Of a stretch of 64,000 bases of DNA, positions 38,366 to 50,270 are shown piece by piece; within the stretch, counting starts at the first letter, position 1, and the number at the start of each line of letters is the position of its first letter. The translations under genes were made by a program, and so were the position numbers. Under the pieces are notes generated by a model. The model searched no databases, had not been told where the DNA came from, and saw only the letters and a program-made list of their open reading frames with translations. This stretch comes from Lingula anatina (taxonomy: Eukaryota; Animalia; Brachiopoda): the NCBI GenBank assembly GCA_051362555.1, contig CM120647.1, forward strand, positions 6,386,001-6,450,000, in the 5' to 3' direction.

Positions 38366-40720
38366 TTTTTCTTTTTTTTTTTTAATTTGTAAAAAGTCAG
38401 GAAATCTGAAATATTGTGTTTCAATAAATATCAAAGTGACAGAAATTTTCAAATGCTGAACGGTCCCAGAATTTTGCTTAATTTAAGACTATTACAACCA
38501 GTGACCTTAAAACTATCATAAACATTTTATCTTTCATTGGTACAAGTACAATACTCCCTGATGATTTTAAAGATTGATATTGTTCAAATTGTATTCCTTC
38601 AGACTTTCAAGTGCCCAGAAGAAGGTTGTGAGTATGAAACGACAGCAAGCAACAGTCTAAAACTCCACGCCACCAAGCATAAGAAGGACAAGCCGTTCAA
38701 CTGCCCTTACTGTGGTCGCTGCGTGAAAACGGAGAAGTAAGTAGGAGAAGTTGAGATGGGTTTAAATGTATACAGTGATCTTTAGGCCTTTATTTGAGAA
38801 AACTTGAACTTGAAAAAGGGTCTGTTGGATGTAATTTTTTTGAACAGTTTTGGATAGAACATACCTTGGTCATAAGAGCAAATTGCAAGAATTTTCAGAA
38901 AATTCCTTTTTCACAGTGGATATTTTGTGAAAAGTAATATGCTTCCAAAATGCTATTTCTCAAACCTTCAATATTAGTCTTTTTTTCCTTTTAAGTGATA
39001 CCACAATGCAGGATGAATCGGAACATGACCTCAGTAATTATGAAAATTATTAATATTTCCAATTATTTTCAGAACCCTACAGAAGCACATCAACAAGCGC
39101 CACCTGAACATAAGGCCTTACTTGTGTCAGGTGTGTGGAGCATCTTACGGAGAGGAACACGAGCTGAAAACTCACGAGGCGCGTCACCTCACGGATAAAC
39201 CTTACATATGTGAACACTGTTCATATTCCACCGTCAGCAAGGCAGATTTGGCGAGTAAGTGATGGATAGGATAAGTACTCAATAAATAAATATATGCCTC
39301 AAAGCAATGCTTTGATTTAGTAGTGCTTTAAGATATTGATGTTAAAGTTTTTGAAAAATTAGTTGGTTTTATTTTGGAAATAATATTTTTGGGGTTTGGA
39401 AATTTGAGTTATTGCAATTAAACCTTCTCGAGGGCCAAGTTCTTTTCTTAACATTTATTTTTTATTTTTGTAATTATAGAACTGATTGGCTGCATTTGTC
39501 TCTTCTTTTATCATATATCTGATGGGGTGAATTTCCTTACATCTGGTTTATGTTCTTTTATTATCAAAAATCTAATTGAGAGTATTTGTTTACTTGTAGG
39601 CCATGTTTCTTTCTAATCATAAATCTTATTGGGTAACTTTGTTTACTTCAAGGTCATGTTATTTTCTAATCATAAATCTTATTGGGTGCATTTGTTTACT
39701 TCTAGGCTATGTTATTTTCTAATCATAAATCTTATTGGGTGCATTTGTTTACTCCTAGGTCACGTTCTAGCCAGACACAACCAGAGACTGGACAGCAAGA
39801 TCAAAGTCTACCAGTGTCACATCTGCGGCTACACCACGACCCGGAAAAAACACCACGAGCGCCACATCAAGGGGCACCTCAACATCCGCGACATGGTCTG
39901 CAACATCTGCGGGAAGACGTTTGCTCACGACCGCACGCTGGCCAAGCACATACGCTGGGTTCATACAGAGAAGAAGGTGAAATGTCCCCACTGCGATCAC
40001 GTCACGGCGGATAATTATCACCTGAAGGAGCACATCCGCGTGATGCACACGCACAGAGATTTGAAGCCCTTTAAATGCGGGTACTGTGATTTTAGGTGTA
40101 AAATATCGGGAAACGTTCGCAAACATTGCCTGCATAAACACAAAGGAGTGGAGGTGAAGTATTTGAAGGTGGCGCGGACGGATGTCGTCAAGGAGGTTCC
40201 GAAGCGCCCTCTTTTGTCCGACGTCTCCATGCGCACGGCGGATGTGTTTAGTTCTGCCCTGGAGATGTTGGCGACCCAGACCGTGCAAGCAGTGTCGTCT
40301 GAATTGAGTCATTTGTCCAATCAGGTCGTTTCAGGACAGCAACAGATCGCCAGCGTTTCCGACCAACCTCATATCGAGTCTTGCTCGCCCGTGCCCATGT
40401 ACGCCGGCAACCAAATCCTCTCAGTGCAGCACGTGACGTTGGGACAACACGTACAGCAACAACATCAAGAACCGCAACACCAACAGCATCAGCAACCCTC
40501 TTCCATAGCGACCAGCCAAGTGATGACCAGTCACATGACGGGCTCGGGGCAGTTGCCAGTCTCGGCAATACGCACAGCGCTGATGCAGCCCGTGACGAAC
40601 CAGATGCCGCCGCCTCACCCCCATCAGCACCCGAACCTCTTGCCCCCTCATGGTCACCTGGCTGGACCCATTGACATGTCCACCGGTCAGATTCCCCACT
40701 GGACCATGGGGCAGTTTTGA
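32185..40720 (+). CDS. BTB/POZ + AT-hook + about 18 C2H2 zinc-finger protein (ZBTB-like), paralog 2
   Basis: Exons 32185-32413, 33189-33377, 35145-36173, 36790-36980, 37880-38086, 38603-38736, 39073-39254 and 39759-40720 splice in frame. Features: BTB (LCDVTL..FPAHKVVL), AT-hook SRGRPKK, an acidic linker, a C2H2 array (KPFNCPYC, KPYICEHC, KPFKCGYC) and a Q/H/P-rich tail. AATAAA at 41440-41445. Confidence 0.92.
32434..32661. mobile_element. Diverged MITE family A copy
   Basis: TTA-flanked; shares tagatctatc and tttagc.tgaaccc..agggattaggtcgatc with family A. Confidence 0.6.
33423..34325. mobile_element. Foldback-type non-autonomous DNA transposon with long TIRs built from short subrepeats
   Basis: The left arm (catgaaaatctgactcccc..atgaaaatgtgactcccc..ttattttatttgagtatataacttttata..ttggcacttttt) mirrors the right arm (aaaagtgccaa..taaaagttatatactcaaataaaataa..ggggagtcagattttcatg). 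Confidence 0.8.
34752..34974 (-). mobile_element. MITE family A copy (reverse)
   Basis: Reverse complement of 15000-15216 (ctgacagtaatctagtgagactcccc.c.gggatagatcgatcta). Confidence 0.8.
37481..37716 (-). mobile_element. Short DINE-1/HINE-like rolling-circle element
   Basis: On the minus strand it begins attacctccgccaaggaggttat (hairpin/subTIR), contains a (gtct) microsatellite and an internal subTIR ccttggcggaggt, and ends CTAG. It is inserted in an (aat)n tract. Confidence 0.75.
38236..38383. repeat. Compound microsatellite (CT)n(AT)n(T)n
   Basis: Directly visible; source of three spurious low-complexity ORFs. Confidence 0.95.
39560..39766 (+). repeat. 53-bp tandem repeat, about 4 copies, spanning the acceptor of the last BTB-ZF2 exon
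   Basis: Unit ttttctaatcataaatcttattgggtgcatttgtttact..(t/a)ag-g.(c/t)atgtt; the last copy is the real acceptor (ctcctag|gtcacgtt). Confidence 0.9.
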
Positions 40721-43099
40721 GAGGTGGTCAGCCTAAAATTTTGGCTCTACGTCGTTCGTGTGTTTGTTGAAAGACGGCGATTGAAATGTTTTGTCGCTGA
40801 TATTGTTTTGTTGAAGGCAAGCAAATTTGATGTGTGGAAACATGCATACACACGTGCGCACGTTCAACACATGTTCACGTACGTGCATTCATACATACAA
40901 TCTACCTCTAACTTATTTGCTTGCACGCACATGCACACACACACACACGTACGCACACGTGCACACATTCACACAAAGCTTTCGGTTATCGTGGTAAATG
41001 ATCAAGAATAATGCAGTGGTAATTTTAGACAATGGAACATTAAGTGGGCAATTCTTTTATAGGAAGGTTTAAATCTCGATCATGATTCAACAGTGGAAAT
41101 TTTATAGTAGATTGCTTTATTTATAGAACTTTTTTTCCTTTATCTTTAAAAGTCTGTTGAAAACAAACTTTAACAGTGAAAGAAAATAGCACGAAGATTT
41201 TATAAGTTATTTATCTATATTTTATACCGTATGTGCTCTTACAAAATAATGGACCTATTTATTGTTTGGTATGGGAATATAGATATAGTAATCAGATGGT
41301 TCAGTTTGTAAAATAATATTGTTTTGTTTTAGAACAATTATACTTGATGACATCATATCGTGCTGTATATGTGAATACGCCAATTGTTTTTGCATTAAAA
41401 TGCAATTGTTGCTTGTTTGTGTAGATATAAAATATTTAGAATAAAACCATTTGAAGTTGGAAATGTCACGAGTTGTTTGTGTTTATTCATTTATTTGAAT
41501 TCACGTGCAATAAAAAAATAAAATGCACGGGGATGTGGGGGCCGCACTACAGCAATTTCTGAACGACGCAATACATTGCTTCAGAAGAGAGCTATCTGTC
41601 TGCAGACAGTAGATTAGTTAGTCAAGAGGGGGCAAACGTTTGCCGAATTGTTTCGTTTGCTTGTATTTAAATATGATTAAAATATCTGTGCTTCGGAGAA
41701 AGAAAGAAATGATCAAATTGTTGAAATTAAATGCAGCAGAAACCATAAACATTTCTCCTTATGGTCGAACAATTCGTACCCCAGCTCAAGGTCGTCGATT
41801 TCACCATGTTGTACTGCTTCGTGAGATCAGAAGCAGGGACATGTTTTCACGTTTCTCCAAGATTCCCCTTTTCTCTTAACACCACAAAGTAACACCTTTC
41901 ACTTTCTTGGCATCTAGAATGAGGTAATACTCTCCAGTATTTCGCAAAAATAGCGAAGGGCAAATTAGTCACCACTCACGTATGAAAACACGTACGTATT
42001 GACGCAAATACGTGGCCACCCACGATTTCGTTTCCAGAAACACTGTTCGTAAACCGACTCGAGTTTTGTACGAAAATTGTGTCCGTAGAGAAGTTTGTAT
42101 TTTGTTCATATGTATATATGAGCGTTTGAGTTCCGAGGCTCATCTGCGCTTGAAAATAATCAAATTATATACCATTCCCAGTTCTCTGTATGTAGGACTA
42201 CGGACTACAGGAAGAACTGATGAGGGCAGAAGCACGGTAATTTCTTAAGAATAATGCGCCTCTCTTTTGTTATATTTTGCTTTTTTTACGATTCTCAATT
42301 TCAATTCTCAATATCCTTTCTGACTTATTGTTTGATGCAAAACCATCTAATTTGTCAAAAATTCTGTACGAGTATTTTAAGTATTACAAACATAAGGTTT
42401 TTTTTTTTGTGAGGGGGATTATTTACCTTGTGCGAATTTATTTCGCAAATGCCGTATATACTTACTATGTGCCTAAAACGTGGGTATTTTGAAGTGATGT
42501 AATAGGTTACTTCGACTAAATTGAGATCGTATAGCAAGTGAAAGCGTGGAGCCGTATATGGAGTGACATGAGGGATTTACAGGGCGTAGCAGGGGCCGAT
42601 TTCACGAAATAACGATACCCGAATGTTGGCCCAAGCTCAAACAGCAAAAATTTTGTCTACCTCTGATCAAGCTAAATCTTCTGACATAAAGATAAGTCTT
42701 ACTCGTTGTGTAACAGGTGCAATATTTATTTTACGTAATCCTGTTACGTTACAGGCCTCGAATCAACCCTCGAGTGATCTGGAACCATTACAATGAATTT
42801 ATCGGGGGGGCTTTGTGTTATTTTTCTTTTCTTGCCAGAACATGTATTTTCAGTGACAGACGTATGCAACAAACTACTGATATCCCGCACATGCATATAT
42901 TTCCAAATGTTCAAAACTTTCAAGGTATATTGGGTATTTTGGTGACTTTTTTCTTCAAACGTTAGTAGATGTTTGATAAAATAAAAGTTATAAGAAAACA
43001 TTACATGTTCTTCCGTGATGTCGCTTAATAATAGTATTTGTTGTATTTTTGTGAAATATATCTATTTGCCCGAAACAAGGATTTTCAAAATGTTCCGTA

Positions 43100-43890
43100 T
43101 GCGCATGCGCATTTGTATTGTTACCAATTTCAGATAAATGTTACACTGCGTACGTGATCTTTGACACGCCCTTCTCAGATTGGTTGAGCCCAGGGGGGTT
43201 CTGCTCAATACATGAGGCACATATCAAACCAGTTTTTTTTTCTTAGATTACTAGCTCTATTTTTCGTGGTATTGACTGAAGACAGAGGAGGCGGGACTTT
43301 TAAAGAATCACTTTATTCGAAAATGGATATTGTTCTGGATGTGCTTCTATGACCTTAATATTAAAATGCTCTAACTTAATTCGTTATTAAGTAAAGTCTA
43401 AAATGTGGACCATGCACTAATGCAATTCGCCGAACTCAGGGAACTTTTTCAAAGCGTTTTAAAATTTTGCGAAAAAAAAGAAACATTTTTTCAGGATTTT
43501 GCTGCCTCGTTGTGCTCGTTTTCTTAACTTACTTCTCCATTGATAGTGCCCCCCCCCCCTTCCCCCACTACCATATTAGAGTAGACCTTTGCTAATGTAT
43601 GAAAATGTGAAAATCATTTTCTGGGAGAGCCAAATCGCCGCCATTTTCCGTTATTTGTTATCTCTTTCTGGGCGATATAACTGCATTCTTTTGGAAAATT
43701 TGAGGACTGAAAACATCAAAAAAGCGAAAGAAAGAAAAATAATTCTAAAGTATTATGCATCGACATCATCAGAGGCAACTTTGACCAATAGCAACCACCT
43801 ATCAGATCGAAGAACGACGTCGGCTCTCTACAAAGAGGAAAAAAGTTACAAGAGCGGTTGCAATATATTTCGTTTGGATATAAAATATCT
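43100..43890 (+). promoter_or_regulatory. Cluster of eukaryotic promoter motifs upstream of the Cj0069-like ORF
   Basis: TGCGCATGCGCA (NRF1 consensus) 43100-43111, ATTGG 43179-43183, GAGGCGGG 43288-43295, CGCCGCCATTTT (YY1-like) 43636-43647, CCAAT 43785-43789, TATAAAA 43879-43885. Motif matches only. Confidence 0.4.
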
Positions 43891-44194
43891 TGAGTTCAAA
43901 GTGAAAGATTCGTTCTGGTATCACCGAGAAGACAAAAGCCAAAGCTTTGCTGGACATACTAAAAACGGGGACAAATATCTAGAGAGAATTCAACATCAAA
44001 TGGACTGATATCGGCAACGTAACATATTCCTCTATATTTTAAAAAATACCAAAATCGGAGAGCAAACGTAACGGGTCTCAGTTTCTGCGTATTTCTATCA
44101 GTGAAAGATAATCAAGGTAGAGCTATTTCTTTTTCTTTCTTTCAAATTAAAAAAAAAAAAAAACAAGAAGCTACGCCAAATTTCATCCATAGCT

Positions 44195-45247
44195 ATGGTC
44201 ATTAAAAAGGTCGTGATCCTCGAGTGCAAATCCTCGCCGGACAAACACGTCGAGAGTGATCGAAAATATCGCCGGGACACACCATGGCTTAGAGATGCTT
44301 TCATTCGAAAGGGCATCCCCTCGGAAATCATCTACATCACCGACGCCACCACCGTGGAAAGCCTCTCAAAGGACTACCCGGAGACGCACTTTCTTGGGCG
44401 CGTTAACCCCGGCGACTTCGAGGACCTCAAGCTTCACAACTACCTACGGCTTCTAGCAGACCTTGCACGCGAGAAACTCCTAGTTGGACCCTTTCCCGAC
44501 CATATGGGTTCCTTGGGATCTAAGATCGCTTTATACTACCTCCAGAATACCGAATTAGGAGTCCCGGGGGTGCGGTACCATGCCCTTGAAGACGACAACG
44601 AGATTGATAGCATTTTACCTCTGAACGGAACCAACCGCGTGTTGAAGACCCTGCTAGGAAGCACGGGTTCTGGGATCTGGAAACTGGAGAACATCGACGC
44701 GAACACCGTTCGAATCACGGACGCTCACGCTCTGAAAACCGAAGACAAACCCCGCAAGGATGTCGTACGAGATTTCCGCGAGTCATTCGGGAAGGAAGCC
44801 ATCAGTATGCCTTTTTTACCACTCATAGCGAGCGGGGAGTACCGTTTCTTGTTGAGCAAGGACAGAGTAATGGAAGTGATCGTAAAGAAACCGGTAGACG
44901 AGACAGCTTTTTGTGCCACCCTCCGCTCCGGGGCCATCTACGAGACGAAAGGGAGAGAGGCCTACACGGCCGTGGCAAACACTTTGGAAGGCTGGGCGCG
45001 GAAAATCCGGGGCATTATGCAGATGCCGGAGCTCCCGTACTGGTGGTCTATAGACTGCATCCCGGATGATACAACCGAGGCCCCCGAGGGCCGGATCCCC
45101 GTGGACGGCAAACCGGATCAGCGGTTCACTTTCTCTGAGTGCAACTGCTCCTGCCTCGGCCTCGTTACCGATACCTCTTCACCGGAAGTGACCAAAAAGA
45201 AGGGCGACGAGTATGCTGATTTTATTGTGGAACAGATTTTAAAATAA
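44195..45247 (+). CDS. Intronless Cj0069/DUF6815-family ATP-grasp-like protein of bacterial type; horizontal-transfer candidate
   Basis: 350-aa uninterrupted ORF, clearly richer in GC and CpG than its flanks. The collinear motifs YRRDT, GRVNPG, PDHMGSLGSKIAL, RVLK..GSTGSGIW, MPFLPLIASGEYR, VKKP..AFCATLRSGA.Y, LPYWWSID and ECNCSCLG match, as recalled from memory, Campylobacter jejuni Cj0069 (YRKDT, RINPG, HPDAM.GYGAKDAL, RVLKQNRGSTGEGIW, MTFLPRIKEGEIR, HKKP..AFSATLFSGAKY, LPLIWTAD, EINCSCVG). Confidence 0.88.
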   Translation: MVIKKVVILECKSSPDKHVESDRKYRRDTPWLRDAFIRKGIPSEIIYITDATTVESLSKDYPETHFLGRVNPGDFEDLKLHNYLRLLADLAREKLLVGPFPDHMGSLGSKIALYYLQNTELGVPGVRYHALEDDNEIDSILPLNGTNRVLKTLLGSTGSGIWKLENIDANTVRITDAHALKTEDKPRKDVVRDFRESFGKEAISMPFLPLIASGEYRFLLSKDRVMEVIVKKPVDETAFCATLRSGAIYETKGREAYTAVANTLEGWARKIRGIMQMPELPYWWSIDCIPDDTTEAPEGRIPVDGKPDQRFTFSECNCSCLGLVTDTSSPEVTKKKGDEYADFIVEQILK

Positions 45248-46846
45248 ATTTGTTTCGTAACTTTAAAAATAATGAAATAATTTAGATGATTTTAGAGTGG
45301 ACATTGTTTTTATTGTTTATTTGAAAGTTTTTTCATTCAATTAATTCATTTATTTTACATTATCATTATCTGGAAGTGGTTGTATAACTCTCCCCCCCTT
45401 TTTTTGCTTGTTTTTTTTTTTTTTTTTTTTTTTTTTTTCATTTTCTTGTTAGCGTAATGAGCAAATACTTTCATTACTCACATTGACCTATGTTATAATC
45501 GACTGTGTGTGTTTACTCGAATTATTATCACCAAAATAAGACATATCTAATGACTGGTATTTAAAAAGATTTAGATTGAGATTTAAGTTGATACTACCGT
45601 CCCTCCGGTGTCGCCATGAGTCATGACCAATAAAACATGTTCTTCCCTTTACGCCATTTTGTTGTTTAATAAACTTCCATGTTTCAAATACCTGAGCATA
45701 TAGATGAACGGTCAATTTTGAGAGAGAATTTAATGGCTGAAAACACAAATTTCTTCATTACTACCTGCCTTAAAACAAGCAAACCAAAAAAAAAAAAAAA
45801 TCATTTTACTCGAAAGGGTCTAACAACTCTGATTTCTGAACATTTGCCAACGTAACATTGCTCACTATGTTAAACTGTTCAAGTGCAAACAAATGGGAAT
45901 AATAACAATTGCTATTTCCCTTTTTTCTACTTATTTGTGGAATAATACTCAGAAATTTTGTCACGAGTTCCTTAAATAGATACCCGGTATATGTTAGCGA
46001 GTCTTTGATGCAAGTACAAAAAAAATACCAATCCAAATGATGTAGCTAGGCAGCATGTAGACTAATCGCCTACTTTTTCATTTTTTTTTTTTGCCAAATT
46101 CTCCAAGCAGCTCCATTAATTAAACGTTAAATATGTATTTTAAACAGTCAGTTTGGATTATTAAAAACTTATATCCTGTTTATTAAAAAATAAAAAAAGA
46201 ATGCTTTACTGCTTTTTATGCACTCAGCTTGAATTGTTTCTTATCGAGCAGAGATTTTTTGTTTATTTTCTCTTTACTGAAAGCAATCCGGAATGAAGAC
46301 TCAAGACCCTGAACACAATTCCAGACAAGTGTTCGTTTTCACCCGGTCCCAGTTGACAATCTTGATACCCTAGGATAAATGTTATATTTTTTTCTCAGAT
46401 ATAATTTTAAAGACATTTCTATTATTTTTGCAAGGTCAACTCTAAGCTCCTCAAACGGCGCCTGTCTCTTTTTTTCTCTTTCTCTCTCTGACCTATTTTT
46501 TCTATCTCTACCATTTACTACTTACTGCCTTGCCTTTTGGTGCTACATCCGCATATTTCAAAGAATGCGACATCCATTATGCATACTATAATACGACGGT
46601 TATCTTTTCTCATACTTTTACTTCAGAAAAAGAAAATTTCAGATTTCGCTAGACGTTTACTGTTTCTGCTTTGCATCATGTAAAACATACCGTACGCCTT
46701 TTCGCCGAGATCAAAGCTCTCAATTTATCAGAAAGATCACTTATATGTTTTTGAATCTGATTTTTCTCATATTAGCTCAATCATTAAGCGAAAAAGGCTG
46801 CTAACACGCTTCACGTCTTCTCTGTCTTCTCTGATAACTATGGCCG

Positions 46847-47022
46847 TTGTGACAGGAATGGAAGTCCTAGAAAAAGAGGTCCGTGGTCCTACATGATTAG
46901 TGCAGGGTAGGTTTTGTTGGAGTAATATGCTTAGTATATGGATGAATGTCACCTGTACCGAAAAGTTATTACAGCGTCTTTGCCTGTACAAAGCAATGGG
47001 GGACGGCCTACCTTTCTGTCAT
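46847..47022. mobile_element. Small MITE family D copy (second copy at 54271-54418)
   Basis: Shares aca.gaatggaagtcc..atgattagt.cagg.tagg..ttggagta.t..gctt.gtatatgga.gaa.gtcacctgtac with 54271-54418. Confidence 0.65.
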
Positions 47023-47540
47023 ACAGTAAACACACAGTAATAACTTAGCTATAGGATGCTTTAACATTATTAATCTTATTATTGTCACTTTTATCATTAG
47101 TACTACTCGTCTCGTATTATTATTTTTTCTATCACTATTTTTTATTATTTAAAGATCTATCATTTCTTTTATTACTTTCACTATGGTAATCCTAACTACA
47201 TGTAATACCAGAAGTACTACTATTAAGACAACCATTATTATCAATTTTTTACTTAGTTACTATTACTTTCATTACCCTTATCATTACTGGTAATTTTATT
47301 AATTACATACGCACCATTTATTACTTACACACAGGCCCGCCTTGAGCCAAAGGTGCAAGCTAATTAATCTTGATCGCCGCGTTCATTTTTGATACATATT
47401 TGGGAAGCGTTGAAGTTGCTGCTTTGCGTTGATATCTGTGCACCTAGCATATTTGCAAAGAGCAGCTCTTTTTTTTTTCAGTAGAGAACGTGCTGCTGCA
47501 GAACAGCATTATATGCCGATTATATATCATTTTGCAACAG

Positions 47541-47753
47541 GGGCGCATTCACAAAACAGTTGTTCCGTCGACTAACAGATCCTCGGATCAAATATGATCA
47601 ACCCACTAGAAAACTTGCCGCATAACCCCCCCCCCCCCCCGGGTACCTATTCAATGTCTGTTAGGGGATTATGCAGCAAGCTTTCAAGTGGATCTCCATA
47701 TTTGATCCCCGGATCTGTTAGTTTGCAGATCAACTTTTATTGTGAATGCGGCC
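47541..47753. mobile_element. Palindromic MITE family C copy
   Basis: gcattcacaa..actaacagatcc.cggatcaaatatg ... catatttgatcc.cggatctgttagt..ttgtgaatgc. Confidence 0.7.
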
Positions 47754-48189
47754 ATAAAGTTTGCGGCAGAAATTGGATAGCGCTACTCCTTCTTTTATTA
47801 GGATGCAATATATAATGTTACGCAACACGTTTGGCACGTCGATTGCCTAATACCAAATTTTTTCGAGGCTAAATAAGAGGAATCAGCGCTGCAGGATCCC
47901 AGACTATCTGGAGTTTTTACCTACCTGCATTAGGATAAAGATAGAAGCACTCGTTCTCATGTTTTGCAACACAAAATAAATAAATAAATAAATAAACAGC
48001 CATTGCCAAAGATGCTGAGCCTATACAATGGATGATACATGTACCACATTAAGTGTCCTGCACGACCATGCTGTACACACATTATCCGAAACTAAAGAAA
48101 CAGAACAAACTCCAAACTCACTTTTGAGCATTTTTTCCCTTTTTTGTTATCTTTTGTCAAAAAGAAGTATCAAGACATAAGTGACTTCA

Positions 48190-48512
48190 TTTCGGAAACT
48201 GCAGAGGGCTGCTGATATCAGAGGTATTGCCAAGTAAACTCTGAAACGCAGGGTGTTACGAGTAACGGCAGAAGCGTGCTGACAATAGGGGTAAGTCCAA
48301 AGTTAACTCTGAAACGCAGGGTGTTACTGGAAACGAAGCACGTGCCAGAACGAGAGGTTAATCCAAAGAAAACTCTGAAATATGACACGTGTTACTGGAA
48401 ACAAGACACGCACTAGCACCTGAGGTTAGTCCAAACTTTGAAACACCGGTGTAACTTGAAACAACAGAGGCGTTCTAGTACGTGAGGTTAGTCCCTCACA
48501 AACTCAGGGTGT
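48190..48512. repeat. Degenerate tandem repeat, about 60-67 bp unit
   Basis: Recurring aactctgaaacgcagggtgttac...gaggtta.tcc. Confidence 0.7.
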
Positions 48513-48688
48513 TATATTGTTATATGCAGACTTGAGTTTAAATTTGGAATCAAAACTCTAGAGTTAACAACATGCCATACTTATATACTTATTTAACTTG
48601 CTCAATTTTATTCAATTCAAAGCAAGCGAGTAAAATGCAAATTTCCGTTGCATACGTGTGTCTTTGTGTGTGTGTGTGTGTGTGTATG

Positions 48689-48856
48689 CAGGCCCGTAGC
48701 CAGGGGGGGTTCGGGGGGTTCGAAAGAACCGCCCCTTTTGCTGAGAAAAGGTCCACTCTGGGTAAAATTTGATCTAGGTACATGACGTTTTTATGGGAAA
48801 AGGTCCACTTTTTCAGAAAAAGAACCCCCCTTTTGAAACTGCTGGCTACGGGCCTG
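48689..48856. mobile_element. MITE with 15-bp TIR and 5-bp TSD (gtatg), inserted in a (TG)n tract
   Basis: gtatg|caggcccgtagccag ... ctggctacgggcctg|gtatg. Confidence 0.85.
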
Positions 48857-50055
48857 GTATGTGTGTGTGTGTGTGTGTTGGGGGTGGGAGAGAAGCTTGG
48901 GCAGTCCATTCTTGAAAAAACAGCTACTGAGAAGAGGTGTAAAGGGAAAATATGTCTTAAATTTGGGCATCGGTTGACTTAAGTTTTGGCCTGCTACATA
49001 ATAACTTACGTTTTAGATATAAATTATTTGAGAAAAGGATGAGCTCCCTGCGCTTAGGATTAAGGTGGCTGGAAAAAAAACACCCTTAGTCCCTATTTAT
49101 TTATTCATTAATTTTATTTATTCCTTTTTAAGCAGGAAAAATCATCATGAATAATCAACTACCAGAGAACCTACATGTACTTTATTCTGGACATTTTTTT
49201 TTTATTTTATCCGAATACCAATACAAATACCACTACCCCCCTCCCCCCTCCCCAATAAACAAAGACTCACCTACTTGATTATAATTGGCCGTTTTTTGCG
49301 TCACTTGATGTTGCACACACTGAATATCTAAGGCACGTATGATACCACTTATTGCATAATAATCTAAGTTAGTCTCCACATTTTACAGACAACATTTTTC
49401 AGACCTGTCATTTAGAGACATATCTCCTGATTCCCCGATTCATAATAAATACTCCCTGATTTATCAGACTAGAACGCGTGGCCATAAAAAAATGCACCTA
49501 GTGACTATACTATGTGCCGTCACTTAATCGCCATGTTCCATTAATTGATTAATTGCAGTAAACAATGAGGAGGAAATGCTGAAGACAAAACAATGTCGGG
49601 TCGTTGTGTGACTCCCTTAACACTTTCTATGTTGCTGTCAAGGAGAAAGGAACCGAGATAGCGCTCATTTAAACCGCAGCTGCTGCTTGTACAGGTAGAC
49701 TTCAACATTTATCATTTAAATGCCCCTTCCTTCCAGCACACCCAACTTGAGGAATGTCATGGTACAGCACACTGTATATCAAATCTTGGTTCAAGTTATG
49801 AAAGGTTTTTAAACCTTAAAAGGCCTCAAGGATATTACAAATACGTCTAAAACTCGATTTTTTGTTTTTTATATGTTAGAAATAATCAATTTTGTATCTA
49901 ATAATGAATTCAGTTATATTTTTGCAACACGGACTAAAAATATACATTTGGAGTTTTTCTACCTGTCCTGACTGGTACGCGTGGCAGCCTTTAGGCTCCG
50001 CCTCCGTTGTCAAGCACCGTTACTATGGGGGGCGGGGCAAGATGGGTTGTCTTAA

Positions 50056-50270
50056 GGCTCTGTTCTCATAACTTTTAGATCGATCTATCACCGCGGGGAG
50101 TCTCACTAGATTACTGTCAGATAATCCGCCTTAAGTGTCCGTCCCCGCCTACTACAAGCTATAAGGGGTAATTTACTTTCGTGTCCGCCCGGCTGACAGC
50201 TATTTAGCGTGAACCCCCAGGAAGTTAGGTCGATCCAATGTAGGTCGATCTAATCTATGAGAATGGGGTG
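50056..50270 (+). mobile_element. MITE family A copy
   Basis: Highly similar to 15000-15216. Confidence 0.8.

Noticed and set aside
39767-40699. Antisense and alternate-frame ORFs over the last BTB-ZF2 exon
   Set aside because: Shadow ORFs of a GC-rich coding exon.
43589-44008. 139-aa ORF upstream of the Cj0069-like gene as a possible operon partner
   Set aside because: TTG start, AT-rich, no recognisable motif, and it overlaps putative promoter elements.
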